Shown here piece after piece: positions 38,901 to 51,054 of a stretch of 64,000 nucleotides of DNA. The stretch's first letter is position 1. Every line of letters begins with the position of its first letter. Source of the DNA: Mobula hypostoma (Eukaryota). The notes under the pieces were generated by a model. It had not been told where the DNA came from. It saw only the letters and a list, made by a program, of their open reading frames with translations, and did not search any database. The translations under genes and the position numbers were made by a program. Location of the stretch: positions 7,006,001-7,070,000 of the forward strand of contig NC_086108.1 in assembly GCF_963921235.1 (NCBI RefSeq). Reading direction: 5' to 3'.

Positions 38901-39329
38901 AACTTAGCAGTTAAAGCAAGGCTTAAGTTCCCTCTTGAAATTACCATACCCTTTTTTTTTGCTCAACAAGTAAACAGCTTTCAACCTTCAGTTTGTGTGA
39001 CACGGTGGTCTTCAGCTATTGTGAAACTTGGCCATTAAAGCCATGAAGTTCTGTGCAGTGCCAGTTTTCAGGCTGGAGATGCTGCTGTTGACTTGGGAAT
39101 ATCACCCAAGGTATTGCTATTCCAAGTGTATGAATGTCATAGAGCCACAGAAACAGGCCCTTCGGCCCATCTAGCCCATGCTGAACCATTATTCTGCCTG
39201 GTCCCAACGACCTGCAACCAGACCATAGCCCTCCATACTCCTCACATCCATGTACTTATCCAAACTTCTCTTAAGTATTGAAGTTAAACCTGCATTCACC
39301 ACTTCTGCTGGGAGCTCATTCCATACTCC

Positions 39330-39423
39330 CATCAGAATTGGGTTTAATATTACCAGCATATGTCGTGAATTTTTTTGTCTTTGCAGCAGCAGTACAAAAT
39401 AACAGGGGGGAAAAAAACTGTAA

Positions 39424-39498
<75 letters not shown>

Positions 39499-40040
39499 TA
39501 TATAAATAATTAAATAAGTAGTGTAAAAAAGGAAAAAAAAAGTGGTGAGGAAGTGTTCATGGGTTCAATGTCGATTCAGAAATCTAATGGAAGAGGGGAA
39601 GAAGCTGTTCCTGAATCACTGAGTGTGTGCCTTCAAGTTCCTGTACCTCCTTCCTGATAATAGCAATGAGAAGAGGGCATGTCCTGGGTGATGGGGGTCC
39701 TTAATGATGGATGTTGCCATTTTGAGGCATCTTTGAAAATGTCCTGATACTACAGAGGCTAGTGCCCATGAAGGAGCTGACTAAGTTTACAACTCTCTGC
39801 AGCTTACTTTAATCCTGTGCAGTAGCCCCCCACCCCTGTACCAGACAGTGATGCAGCCAGTTAGAATGTTCTCCACAGTACATCTGCAGAAACTTGCAAG
39901 TGTCTTTGGTGACATACCAATTCTCCTCAAACTCCTAATGAAATATAGCTGCTATCATGCCTTCATTGTAGCTGCATATGTTGGGCCCAGGATAGATCCT
40001 CATAGACATTGACACCCAGGAACTTTAAATTGCTCACTCT
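39330..40040 (-). mobile_element. Rex1/Babar-type LINE 3' fragment inserted in a CR1 fragment (39135-39330 / 40041-40150)
   Basis: Collinear with 20244-20840; the CR1 sequence resumes after 40040. Confidence 0.75.
39429..39498. repeat. Compound microsatellite (TG)13(TA)15(CA)7
   Basis: Read directly from the sequence. Confidence 0.97.
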
Positions 40041-40149
40041 TTTCACCATCCTCTGAGTGAAGAAGTTCCCCCTCATCTTCCCCATAAACATTTCACCTTT
40101 CACCCTTAACCCATGACCTCTAGTTCGAGCTTCACCAACCTTGGTGGAA

Positions 40150-40705
40150 TGAACAAGAGAAAATCTGCAGATGCTGGAAACCGGGCAACACATACAAAAT
40201 GCTGGAGGAACTCAGCAGGCCAGGCAGCATCTATGGAAAAAAGCACAGTCGACGTTTTGGGCCGAAACCCTTTGGCAGGAATGGAAATAAAAAGTTGAGT
40301 AGATTTGAAAGCTGGGGGAAGGGGAGAGAAACACCCAGGCGATAAGTGAAACTTGGAGGCAGAGGGATGAAGCAAAGAGCAAGGAAGTTGATTGATGAAA
40401 GAGACAGAAGGCCATGGAAGAAAGAAAAGGAGGGGGGAGGGGCACCAGAGGGAGGTGATGAGTAGGCAAGGAGGTAACAGAGAGGGAATAGGAAATAGTG
40501 AAGGGGGGAGTGCGAGGCATTACTAGAAGTTTAAGAAATCGATGTTCATGCTATCAGGTTGAAGGCCACCCAAACAGAATATAAGGTGTTGTTCCTCCAA
40601 CCTAAGTGTGGCCTTATCACGACAGTGAGGAGGCCATGGATGGACATATGGGAATGGGAATGGGAAGTGGAATTAAAACGGGTGGCCACTGGGAGATGCC
40701 GCTTG
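40150..40705 (-). mobile_element. Penelope-like 3' fragment
   Basis: LPVATRFNSTSHSHSHMSIHGLL plus terminal repeat with a degenerate hammerhead at about 40247-40281. Confidence 0.8.
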
Positions 40706-40734
40706 TTCTGTTTGGGTAGCTTCCATGCTCTGAC

Positions 40735-41082
40735 CAACCAAGCATCTACCAACCTTTACCTTAAATATGCCCAATGACTTGGCCTCCACAGCCGCTTGTG
40801 GCAATGAATTCCACAGATTCACCACTCTCTGGGTAAGGAACCCATTCTAAAAGGACACCCCTCTATTCTGAGGCTGTATCCTCTGGTCTTAGACTCCTGC
40901 ACTATAGGAAGTAACCTTTCTATCGAGGCCTTTCAATATTCAATAGGTTTCAATGAGATTCCTGTTCATTCTTCTGAATTCTAGTGAGAAGAGGCCCTGA
41001 GCCATCAAACGCTCCTTATATGACAAGCCTTTCAATCCCAGAATCATTTTCGTGAACCTCCCCTGAACCCTCTCCAATGTCA
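40735..41082 (-). mobile_element. CR1 3' fragment
   Basis: LERVQGRFTKMILGLKGLSYKERL (40940..41122). Confidence 0.8.
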
Positions 41083-41763
41083 GCTGATTTCTCCACTGGA
41101 ATACCGGCCTGCTGTTAGGCAAATGAAGATTTATGCTGCTGCTGCATAACTCTGCTGTCAGGCAAATGATAACCTGACGGTGCAGCGAGTGGTGGCTGAA
41201 GGTTAATTAAGTGCACAGAGTGTTCCACATGCATAGCAGATTTATGGGATCTGTATATTTGTTTTGTTCTGCTTTGGGATGTGATGACCCATTGTCCACT
41301 GGTGATTTAAAGCTCGGGCGTGCACTGCAACAAGATTGACCCCAGATATGCAGATACTAAAAGCTGTAACTTCAACACAGTTCTTGAGCTGTCTGTCTCT
41401 CCAGACCCCATCTGCAGTCCTCCCTTTTCCCCTCAAGGCAAGGGGCAGAATTCCTATTTGAGGAACCTAGCATCTGCCTGAGGCCTTCAGCATAAGTGGC
41501 AGCTCAGCTCAGTCTTCCTTATTTGCAGGCTGCCCTGAAACCAGAATCATATTGGAATGTATTGCAAGTGATCCTGCTCTGCTTCTTCCATTTTGTCCCC
41601 CTTTCTCACCCAAGCCAGCTCTGCTTTCACCCATCTTTGACCCCTTATCCCACCCATTTCTCCTTCCATCCACCAGATTCAAACACTTGTTCATCCATTC
41701 AAACTTGGTTCTAGCTGCCATTTGTAAACACAAAATAATCTGCAGATGCTGGGATCAATTTCT

Positions 41764-42318
41764 GTCTCTATTTCCTGAGGAGATTGAGGTCCTTTAACAT
41801 CTGCTGGACGATGCTGAGGATGTTCTACAAGTCTGTGGTGGCCAGTGCGATCATGTTTGCTGTTGTGTGCTGGGGCAGCAGGCTGAGGGTAGCAGACACC
41901 AACAGAATCAACAAACTCATTCGTAAGGCCAGTGATGTTGTGGGGATGGAACTGGACTCTCTCATGGTGGTGTCTGAAAAGAGGATGCTGTCCAAGTTGC
42001 ATGCCATCTTGGACAATGTCTCCCATCCACTACATAATGTACTGGGTGGGCACAGGAGTACATTCAGCCAGAGACTCATTCCACCGAGATGCAACACAGA
42101 GCGTCTTAGGAAGTTGTTCCTGCCTGTGGCCATCAAACTTTACAACTCCTCCCTTGGAGGGTCAGACACCCTGAGCCAATAGGCTGTTCCTGGACTTATT
42201 TCCTGGCATAATTTACATATTACTATTTAACTATTTATGGTTTTATTACTATTATTAATGGTGCAACTGTACCGAAAACTAATTTCCCTTGGGATCAATA
42301 AAGTATGACTATGACTAT
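41764..42318 (+). mobile_element. Young Rex1/Babar-type LINE 3' fragment with (TATGAC)n tail
   Basis: ORF 41784..42182 is nearly identical to 45866..46471 and 52249..52848. Confidence 0.9.
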
Positions 42319-42327
42319 CAAAGCAAC

Positions 42328-42471
42328 ACTCACAACACACTGGAGGAACTCAGCAGGTCGGGCAGCATCCGTGGAAATGATGAGTCGACGTTTCGGGCCA
42401 GAACCGAACGTCGACTCATCATTTCCACGGATGCTGCCCAACCTGCTGAGTTCCTCCAGCGTGTTGTGAGT
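42328..42471. repeat. Fold-back palindrome made of two Penelope terminal-repeat ends (65-bp arms)
   Basis: 42328-42392 versus 42407-42471, 2 mismatches. Confidence 0.92.
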
Positions 42472-43387
42472 CCAGCTGCCATTCATCTCTCCCCTAATAG
42501 TTCCCATTCTTACCTTTTTTTTTTGCTTATCAGCATTCAACACAGGTAGTGCTCTGTGTTCCTGCTTATCTCCCTCGAGTTAAGTAGGATGTGGAAGCTT
42601 TAGAGAGGGTGCAGAGGAGATTCACCAGGATGCTGCTTGGATTAGAGAGCATGTCTTATGAAGATAGGCTGTACGAGCTAGGGCTTTTCTCTTTAGAGTG
42701 AAGGAAGATGAGAGGTGATTTGATAAAGGTGTACAAGATGATAAGAGGCATAGAGCAAGCCAGAGACTTTTTCCCAGTGCGGAAAATTTTAAGATGATTG
42801 GGGAAAGTACAGCGATATCAGAGGTAATTTTATTTACAGAGAGTGTTGGGTACGTGGAACACAAGTGAGGCAGATATATGAGGCTCTAATGATTAGGAAG
42901 ACTTTGCAGACTCTGGGCTGAACCTATTGATGCAGTTACAAAGAAGGCAGGACAGTGGCTGTATTTCTTAGGAATCTGAGGAGATTTGGTACGTTGCAAA
43001 AAAACACTTACAGTTTTCTACAGATGCACCATGGAGAGCATTCTAACTGGCTGCATCACCGTCTGGCATGGGGGTGCTGCTGTTAGTGCACAGGATCGAA
43101 ATAAACTGCAGAGATTTGTGAACTTAGTCAGCTCTATCATGGACACTAATCTCCATAGTATTCAGGACATTTTCAAGGAGCGATGCCTCAAAAAGGCAGC
43201 ATCCATCATTGTGGACCTCCATCACCCAGGGCCTCTTCTCATTGCTACCATCAGGGACGAGGTACAGGAGCCTGAAGACACACACACAACGATTTAGGAA
43301 CAGCTTCTTCACTTCTACCTTCAGGTTTCTGAATGGACATTTTCAAAGTTCAAAGTAAATTTTGTTATCAGGGTACATATATGTCAC

Positions 43388-45080
43388 TTCTGGGGCACCT
43401 CGAGGTGATCCGTGTGGCAGCAGAACTCTCAACAGATACGATTCAATTTTCTCATTTCAGCCTGATACAGCTAAAAAACACAACTGCTTCCAAGGTCAGT
43501 ATGGTCAACAAAGATATCTTCATGCTTTTAAACAAACTGTCGCTGCTTAAAACTGATGGAAACAATACCAATTGTGGACGGATTCCTTGCCGGATTCCAC
43601 ACAGGAAACATGTCTGCAGGTCAGGGATACAAGTGCGTTTAGGAAAACGGGGTTTTAAACCCCCAATACCGACCATCTTGCTGGCAAACGTGCAGTCTCT
43701 GGTGAATAAAATCGATGATCTCAGAGAGCTAGGGTGCTGAATCAGAGGGACATTAGGACGCAAACATTTCACGGAATCCTGGTTAATCCTTCTGTACCAG
43801 ATGCAGCGATTCAGATCGAAGGGTTTACTATACACCATCAGGATAGATATATAGAGTCTCTCAAAAGCAGAGGTGGAGGAGTATGCCTCATAATCAACTC
43901 CTCTTGGTGCACACATATATCAGTGCTGTCTCAATTCTGCTCACCAGACCTGGAATAGCTAGCAGTTAAGTGCCGTCCATTTTACCTACCATGGTACTGA
44001 TTGAGAAGTGACAGAACCTGGGCCTCTGTACCTCCCTTTGCAATTGGATTCTCAACTTTCTAACCGGAAGACCACAATCTGTGCAGATTGGTGATAATAT
44101 CTCCGCCTTGCTGACGATCAACACTGGTGCACCTCAGGGGTGTGTGCTTAGCCCACTGCTCTACTCTCTCTATATCCATGACTCACACAGTAGCTCAAAA
44201 TACCATCTATAAATTTGCTGATGATACAACCATTGTTGGTAGAATCTCAGATGGAGACAAGAGGGCGTACAGGAGTGAGATATGCCAACTAGTGGAGTGG
44301 TGTCACAGCAACAACCTGGCACTCAACGTCAGTAAGACAAAAGAGCTGATTGTGGACTTCAGGAAGGTTAAGACAAAGGAACACACACCAATCCTCATAG
44401 AGGGATCAGAAGTGGAGAGAGTGAGCAGCGAAAAGATCTCTGAGGACCTAACCTGGTCCCAACATATCAATGCAGTTATAAAGAAGGCAAGACAGCAACT
44501 ATACTTCATTAGGAGTTTGGAGAGATTTGGTTTGTCAAATAAAACACTAGAAAACTTCTATAGATGTACAGTGGAGAGCATTCTGATGGGCTGTACCACT
44601 GTCTGGTATGGGGGTCTACTGCACAGGACCAAAAAAAGCTGCAGGGGGTGGTAAATTTAGTCTGCTCCATCTAGGGTACTAGCCTACAAAGTACCCAGGA
44701 CATCTGCAAGGAGCAGTGTTTCAGAAAGGCAGCGTCCATTATTAAGGACCTCCAGGATCCAGGGCATGCCCTTTTCTCACTGTTGCCATCAGGTAGGAGG
44801 TACAGAAGCTTGAAGACACATACTCGGCAATTCAGCAACAGCTTCTTCCCTTCTGCCATCTGATTCCTAAATGAACATTGAACCTGTGAACACAACCTCT
44901 TTTTTTTAACACATTATTTCTGTTTTTGCATGTTTTTTAATCTGTTCAATATACATACACTGTAATTACTTTATTATTATTTTGTTTTCTTCTTCTTCTA
45001 TGTTATGTATTGCATTGAACTGCTGCTGCTAAGTTAACAAATTTCACGACACATACCGGTGATAATAAACCTGATTCTGA
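43388..45080 (+). mobile_element. Rex1/Babar-type LINE with endonuclease N-terminus fused to RT C-terminus (internal deletion near 43993)
   Basis: ILLANVQSLVNKIDDL and GGGVCL..N..WC (APE), then GAPQG, KFADDTTIVG, LNVSKTKELIVDFRK, FYRCTVESIL; GATTCTGA tail. Confidence 0.85.
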
Positions 45081-45162
45081 AACATACCACCCTGAGATTC
45101 TTTTTCCTGTGGGCATACTCGGCAAATCTATACAATAATAACTATAACGGGATCAATGAAAG

Positions 45163-45583
45163 TCGTCGTCGTGGCTATCCCTCAAGGTCAAGGATGATGG
45201 TCTTCATTCTGAAGAAGTGGCCCACAGAGCGAAGACGCCTGTGCGTGTATTTGTTTAACGTGTACTTGATGTTGCACTCCAAGAAGCACACGATACTTCA
45301 CAAATCAACCAACTGGTTCCAATGGCATGGAAACCACGACGATTGGAGCTGGTGGATTTGTTGCAGCCTTCATCCGCCTTCACAGCCGTTGAGTTCGAAG
45401 TAACTTCGTCCGCCTGTTCCACCATTGAGGTCTTGGTTGGATTGTTCTTTGTCAGGGGCCTCATGCTCGACCTTACCGCCATGGGTGACCCTACCAGGAG
45501 CACAGCTCCAGACGGCATTGATCTCGGGATCTCAGGACCACACAAGCTTCTCCACCACGACAAGGTGACAATCCATGGAGAAG
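45163..45583 (-). mobile_element. RTE-derived non-autonomous element with GAAAG TSD
   Basis: Minus strand 5' CACCTTGTCGTGGTGGAGAAGCTTG.. (RTE-like 5' UTR); (ACG)n tail; GAAAG at 45158-45162 and 45584-45588 splitting a LINE tail. Confidence 0.65.
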
Positions 45584-45922
45584 GAAAGATTAAGTAGAGC
45601 ATAGAAGACAACATACTGCAAATGCAAATACAAATAAATAACAAGAACATGAGATAACAAGATAAAGTGTCCTTGACACTGAGATCTTTGGTTGTGGAAC
45701 ATCTCAATAGATGAGTGCAGTTAGCCCCTTCTGTTCAAGAGCCTGATTGCTGAGGGGTAGTAACTGTTCTTGAACCTCCTAATGTGAGTCCTGAGACTCT
45801 TGTACCTTCTACCTGGTGGCAGCAGCAAGAAAAGAACATGAGGTGGTGAGGATTTTTGATGATACTTGCTGCTTTCTTACAGCATCCAACCCATCAACAC
45901 TACCTCACTACTTATTTTTCCT

Positions 45923-46617
45923 CCAGTGACCCCTGTTTCCATCCAGGGGGTCAGTGTGGACATGGTGGAGGATTACAAATACCTGGGGATACGAATTGAC
46001 AAACTGGACTGGTCAAAGAACACTGAGGCTGTCTACAAGAAGGGCCAGAGCCGTCTCTATTTCCTGAGGAGACTGAGGTCCTTTAACATTTGCCGGACGA
46101 TGCTGAGGATGTTCTACAGGTCTGTGGTGGCCAGTGCGATCATGTTTGCTGTTGTGTGCTGGGGCAGCAGGCTGAGGGTAGCAGACACCAACAGAATCAA
46201 CAAACTCATTCGTAAGGCCAGTGATGATGTGGGGATGGAACTGGACTCTCTGACGGTGGTGTCTGAAAAGAGGATGCTGTCCAAGTTGCATGCCATCTTG
46301 GTCAATGTCTCCCATCCACCTCATAATGTACTGGGTGGGCACAGGAGTACATTCAGCCAGAGACTCATTCCACCAAGATGCAACACAGAGCGTCATAGGA
46401 AGTCATTCCTGCCTGTGGCCATCAAACTTTACAACTCCTCCCTTGGAGGGTCAGACACCCTGTGCCAATAGGCTGGTCCTGGACTTATTTCATAAATTAC
46501 TGGCATAATTTACATATTACTATTTAACTATTTATGGTTCTATTACTATTTATTATTTATGGTGCAACTGTAACGAAAAGCAATTTCCCCTGGGATCAAT
46601 AAAATATGACTATGACT
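45923..46617 (+). mobile_element. Young Rex1/Babar-type LINE 3' fragment
   Basis: ORF 45866..46471 YKYLG...KGQSRLYFLRRLRSF...; (TATGAC)n tail. Confidence 0.9.
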
Positions 46618-46999
46618 TTTTGCACTAATTTACTTTAGCTTAAAAATAGATACATATATACTTTACAGTTATGTATTGCATTTTACTGCTGCTGCAAATA
46701 CAGTAAATTTCCCCACATAGGTCGGTGATATTAGAGCTGATTCCGATATAGACGGAAGAAAAATAGAGGGCTATTTGGGTTAGACTGACAGTCTTGGATA
46801 ATTGGCCGCTGTACATCATATCTGTCGAGGTGGCGGGTGGTACAGTCGGGAGTGGGAGGGTGTTGCTGAGCATGAGGGGAAGAATCGGTCATGATAATAA
46901 ATATGAGGTGGAGTGGGGGGCGGGCGCGGTTACTCTGAATACCCGCACAGCCTTAAACTCCAAATGGCCTGCTACGTCATGGAGGAAATATAATATGAG

Positions 47000-48330
47000 A
47001 TGGGTGTGTTGAAAGAATGGACTGTGAAGACGAAATGGATTAGAAATCCTAGAGCAAGCTTTTGGGACGTACGGCACGTGTACATTTTACATATTCAGCA
47101 TTGGAAACCGACCGCAATTGAATAAAAAGCGTGGCGCTCGGACCCATCGTTGACTGACCGAGCAGATCTGGCAAAGCGTAGCCCGTCACTCGTTTCCTTG
47201 GTGTTTACCCTGCGCAGAATGGATGGTTGTGGCCAGTGCCAGCCTTGGATTGTAATCCATTCTTGCGCGGAGCTCTCGGGTGTCTGAGAGAAAGTGCAGT
47301 ATAAATAGAAGCCTCTGTCCCCCTCCCTCCTTTGCAACGCCCCGTCAAGCTCATGCTGCTTGCAGCCGGGAGGCAAATGGCTTTCAGCTACTGAACTTCA
47401 GTGCACGGGGAGTGAGGGGAAAGCACAATTCTGAACTGGCGCCCTTTTTGCAGAAAATCTCATTAATCTGCAGTCCCTGTCGCTCTCTAACCGTAAATTA
47501 GGAATCTCGTTCGCTGCCAGGGGAAGAATGACAGAGGTTAGTTGTTTTTGCCGGATCCAGTTTGAACTCTGGAACATTGAAAACTGCACGAAACTCCACT
47601 CCCCGCAGTTTGTGTGCTTGACGACGAGGCGTGGCCAAGCCTCGCTACACAAAAAAAACACGTCACGAAACTTGTTTTGAGTGGCTAAGAGGACAGGACC
47701 GACGAAACTGCTGGTAACCTAATCCCTCTGCCGACGGGGAAAACGTTGACCTCTCTATCTGCGTGGCTGTAAGGAGTATCAGGAAATGATTGTCTGTACC
47801 ACAGAGTGGCAAAGAAAGCCCTCTACGTCTTGAAGATAAAATCCGGCAGCTTCTGAAGATAGAGATTCGTGAGGTGAGCCTTTCATTGAAAGTTAAGCTT
47901 TAAAACGTTTTTTTTGAACGGAGTCGGAGAGTTTATCTGTTAATAAGTTACTAATTAAAGCAGAGGGTGCCGACTAGAAAATAGAGCGAGGGCCCCAGCC
48001 ACGGCCAGTGTGTACAGAGATCTTGTACCTTCATATACAAACGTGTGCTTTTAATGGAGATGAGGAAGTGTGCTTCACATGCTGAGAACTGTGTGTGTGA
48101 ATTTACGTGTGCATATGTCTCTGTGTATGTGAGTCGCGGTGAGTGGATGAAACACAAGCCCGTCAGATCTTTTAAACTCCTCGGCAGTTGAGGGGACGAG
48201 AGCGAATTGCAGAGAGAAATATTCCCTCTGGCTCAAACAAAACGTTTTCCCTTCTATCTCACCCTCCATCTCGACGCATTTGCACACTTTTTACGCATCT
48301 TTCTGCACTCCCACGCCATAACCCTCCACC
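47000..48330 (+). promoter_or_regulatory. Candidate CpG-rich promoter / first exon of an unidentified host gene
   Basis: No recognisable repeats; visibly CpG-enriched relative to the window; TATAAATA at 47300-47307; donor-like GAG|GTTAGT after 47536 and GAG|GTGAGC after 47873. Confidence 0.5.
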
Positions 48331-48774
48331 CCGTTGCTAATCAATCATTTTGAGCTTGCTCCCCCCCCCCAATCTCTGTTCGTGTTTTCTGTATAACAGT
48401 ACTTTAATCCCCACAATTAGTATATATTCAGGGCAGTTGTATGATGGCCACGCTTCCCAGCCCGTGGGTCTGTATGGACTCCTGGTACCGTTTCTCAAGG
48501 CTGTTGGAGAGTACCCCAACCTTGTTCGGCTTGTAGGCTTGCGTTCCTAAAGGACAAGGAGAGCTATGTCGGCTGGAGTCAGGGCCTTTTGCTTTGGCTC
48601 CTGGTAGGAATCTCAGAGTTGTACACTGCATACATGCTTTGATAGTGTCATATTTGGAGTAACACCTTGTATCCTAGCTGGGTAGCCTTGTCTCCTCTTC
48701 TCCTGGTCCCTTACTTTTCACCTGCCTATCATTTCCCCTGGGTCCCCTCCACCTTCCTTTCTCCTATGGCCCAC

Positions 48775-49003
48775 TGAAGCACCTTCAATTACTCCAAAAA
48801 ACTGAGGTTTGTTAAAATACTGAAAGGCTTTTATTCGCTGTACAATAGGACCTCCACAGTGAGTGTCTGCCCCTGGACTGAGGGCGAGGGGCAAGGCGTA
48901 CACCTTTATACAGGACTCTGAGGGAGGAGCCACAGGGACAGTCAGCAGAGGGGTGTATCCAGACAGGTAACCGAGTTACAACATATATACATGGTTTACC
49001 ACA
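48775..49003 (-). mobile_element. Solo LTR (229 bp), probably Gypsy-type, inserted in a Penelope tail
   Basis: TG...CA termini; CCCAC TSD at 48770-48774 and 49004-49008; minus-strand TATAAA (48905-48910) followed by AATAAA (48830-48835). Confidence 0.8.
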
Positions 49004-50109
49004 CCCACTCTCCTCTCCATTCAGATTCTTTCCTCTTCAGCCCTTTACCTTTCCCACCCACTTGGTTTCATCTATCACCTTCCAGCTATCCTCCTTCCCC
49101 CCCCCCCCCCAGGACCTTTGTATTCTGGCATCTTCCTCCTTCCGTCTCAGTCCTGAAGAAGGGTCTCGACCTGAAGTGCCAGCTATCTATTTATTTCCAT
49201 AGACGCTGCCTGACCTGTTGAGTTCTTGCAGCATTTTTGTGTGGGTTGCTCAGATTTCCAGCATCTGCGGACTTTGTAGTGTTTGTGATATTAAGGCAGT
49301 TTATTGAACCGTTAATTCTCCGATACCGTACTAGCAAAATTACTGTCACTGAATTTATGACAGACTATTGTCTAGGTCCTGTGTGCTGCATCGCCTTGGA
49401 GACACAAAGGAAAGATTGAGAGGTTAAATATCTCCCATTACACCCTTCGATCGTCATTAACCATTAGAGTTTGTCATGGATTGTAATTCTGGTTTCATAT
49501 TCAATCATCAACGGTCATTCAGAGTTACTGACTTGCAAGGGCTTTGCAATACAATTGCAGAATCAGAATCGGGTGTAATATCTCTGGTGTATGTCATGAA
49601 ATTGGTTTAACTGTGTGTGTGTGTGTGTATTTTTTTTGAAGTAGTGAGGTGGTGTTCATAGGTTCAACGTCCATTCAGAAATCAGATTGCAGATGGAAAG
49701 AAGCTGTTCCTGAATCGTTCAGTGTTTCAGGATTGTTTAATGTCAGCTCCAGTACTCAAGTGTAAAGGAGAACAAAGTAATTGTTTTGCTGGTTCTGATG
49801 CAGCACAAAATAAAAACAATAAGATAAAGAACTCAATAATAGAAACAATAAAAACAACACGGAACGTCATAGGAAGTCATTCCTGCCTGTGGCCATCAAA
49901 CTTTACAACTCCTCCCTTGGAGGGTCAGACACCCTGAGCCAATAGGCTGGTCCTGGACTTATTTCCTGGCATAATTTACATATTACTATTTAATTATTCA
50001 TGGTGCAACTGTAACGAAAACCAATTTTCCCCCGGGTTCAATAAAGTATGAGTATGACTATAAATATTTAAAAAAAAAGCTTGTATACATATATTGATTA
50101 GTGGGATTG

Positions 50110-50465
50110 GGACATAATTGAAACCTATTGAATATTGAAAGGCCTCGATAGAGTGGATGTGGAGAGGATGTTTCCTATGGTGGGGGAGTCTAGGACCAGA
50201 GGACACAACATCATAACAGAGGTGCGTCCTTTTAGAATGGAGACGAAGAAGCATTTCTTTAACCAGAGAGTGGTGAATTTGTGGAATTCATTGCCACGTG
50301 TGGCTGTGAAGGCCAAGTTGTTTTGTAAATTTAAGGCAGCATTTGATAGGTTCTTGATTAGTCAAGGCATTATGGGATATGGAGAGAAGGCAAGAGACCA
50401 TGGATTGGGCATAATGAAATGGCAGAACAGACTCGATGGGTCGGATGACCAAATTCTGCTCCTTT
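50110..50465 (+). mobile_element. CR1 3' fragment
   Basis: KGLDRVDVERMFP...FFNQRVVNLWNSLP. Confidence 0.8.
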
Positions 50466-50837
50466 TTGTTGTTTTATTATACATCAATAAAGTGCTGCTA
50501 GGTACAGAGGTGCCTGTTCATAAGGTGACTGACAGGAAATGATGAAGTGGTGGTGTTTGGGGGTGTGGATGGGTGGGTTAGCTTTACTAATCAGTATTGT
50601 ACTGTTTGATCCATTTTTGTATTGCCGTTTAGCTACTTTAGTCCCTGTTTCTCAGTTGAAAATGACGACTGACTAATGGAAGGAATTTCGAAAATATTCT
50701 CTTGATGGCTCTGGGCATATACTTGCCCAGTTTAGAAGAATGGGAGTAGGGGTAGAGATCTCATTGAAACCATCAAATATGGAAAGGCCGAGATCAGGTG
50801 TTCCCAGCCTGTGGACCCCTTGCTTAATGGTATTGGT

Positions 50838-51054
50838 TGCGTGTTTTTTTTGTTGTTCCTCTCTGTGCCTTGTTGCACATCGGGCAGCAGCCTTGTTATC
50901 TCTAGCATTTTTTTTGTGTTTTTCCACAAGGCCAAGTTGCTAGCTCGATGCACCCTTTCCATCTGTGCTGGGTTGCGCAAGGAGACGGCCAGATTCAAAG
51001 CCGGGACCATTTGCCTCGAAGACGGGTGTTGATGCCACTACACCACTGGCTGGC
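50838..51054 (-). mobile_element. tRNA-derived SINE inserted in a hAT MITE (50795-51097)
   Basis: Minus-strand A box TGGTGTAGTGG and degenerate B box; TSD TAATGGTATTGGT / TAATGATTTTGGT (50825-50837, 51055-51067). Confidence 0.7.
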
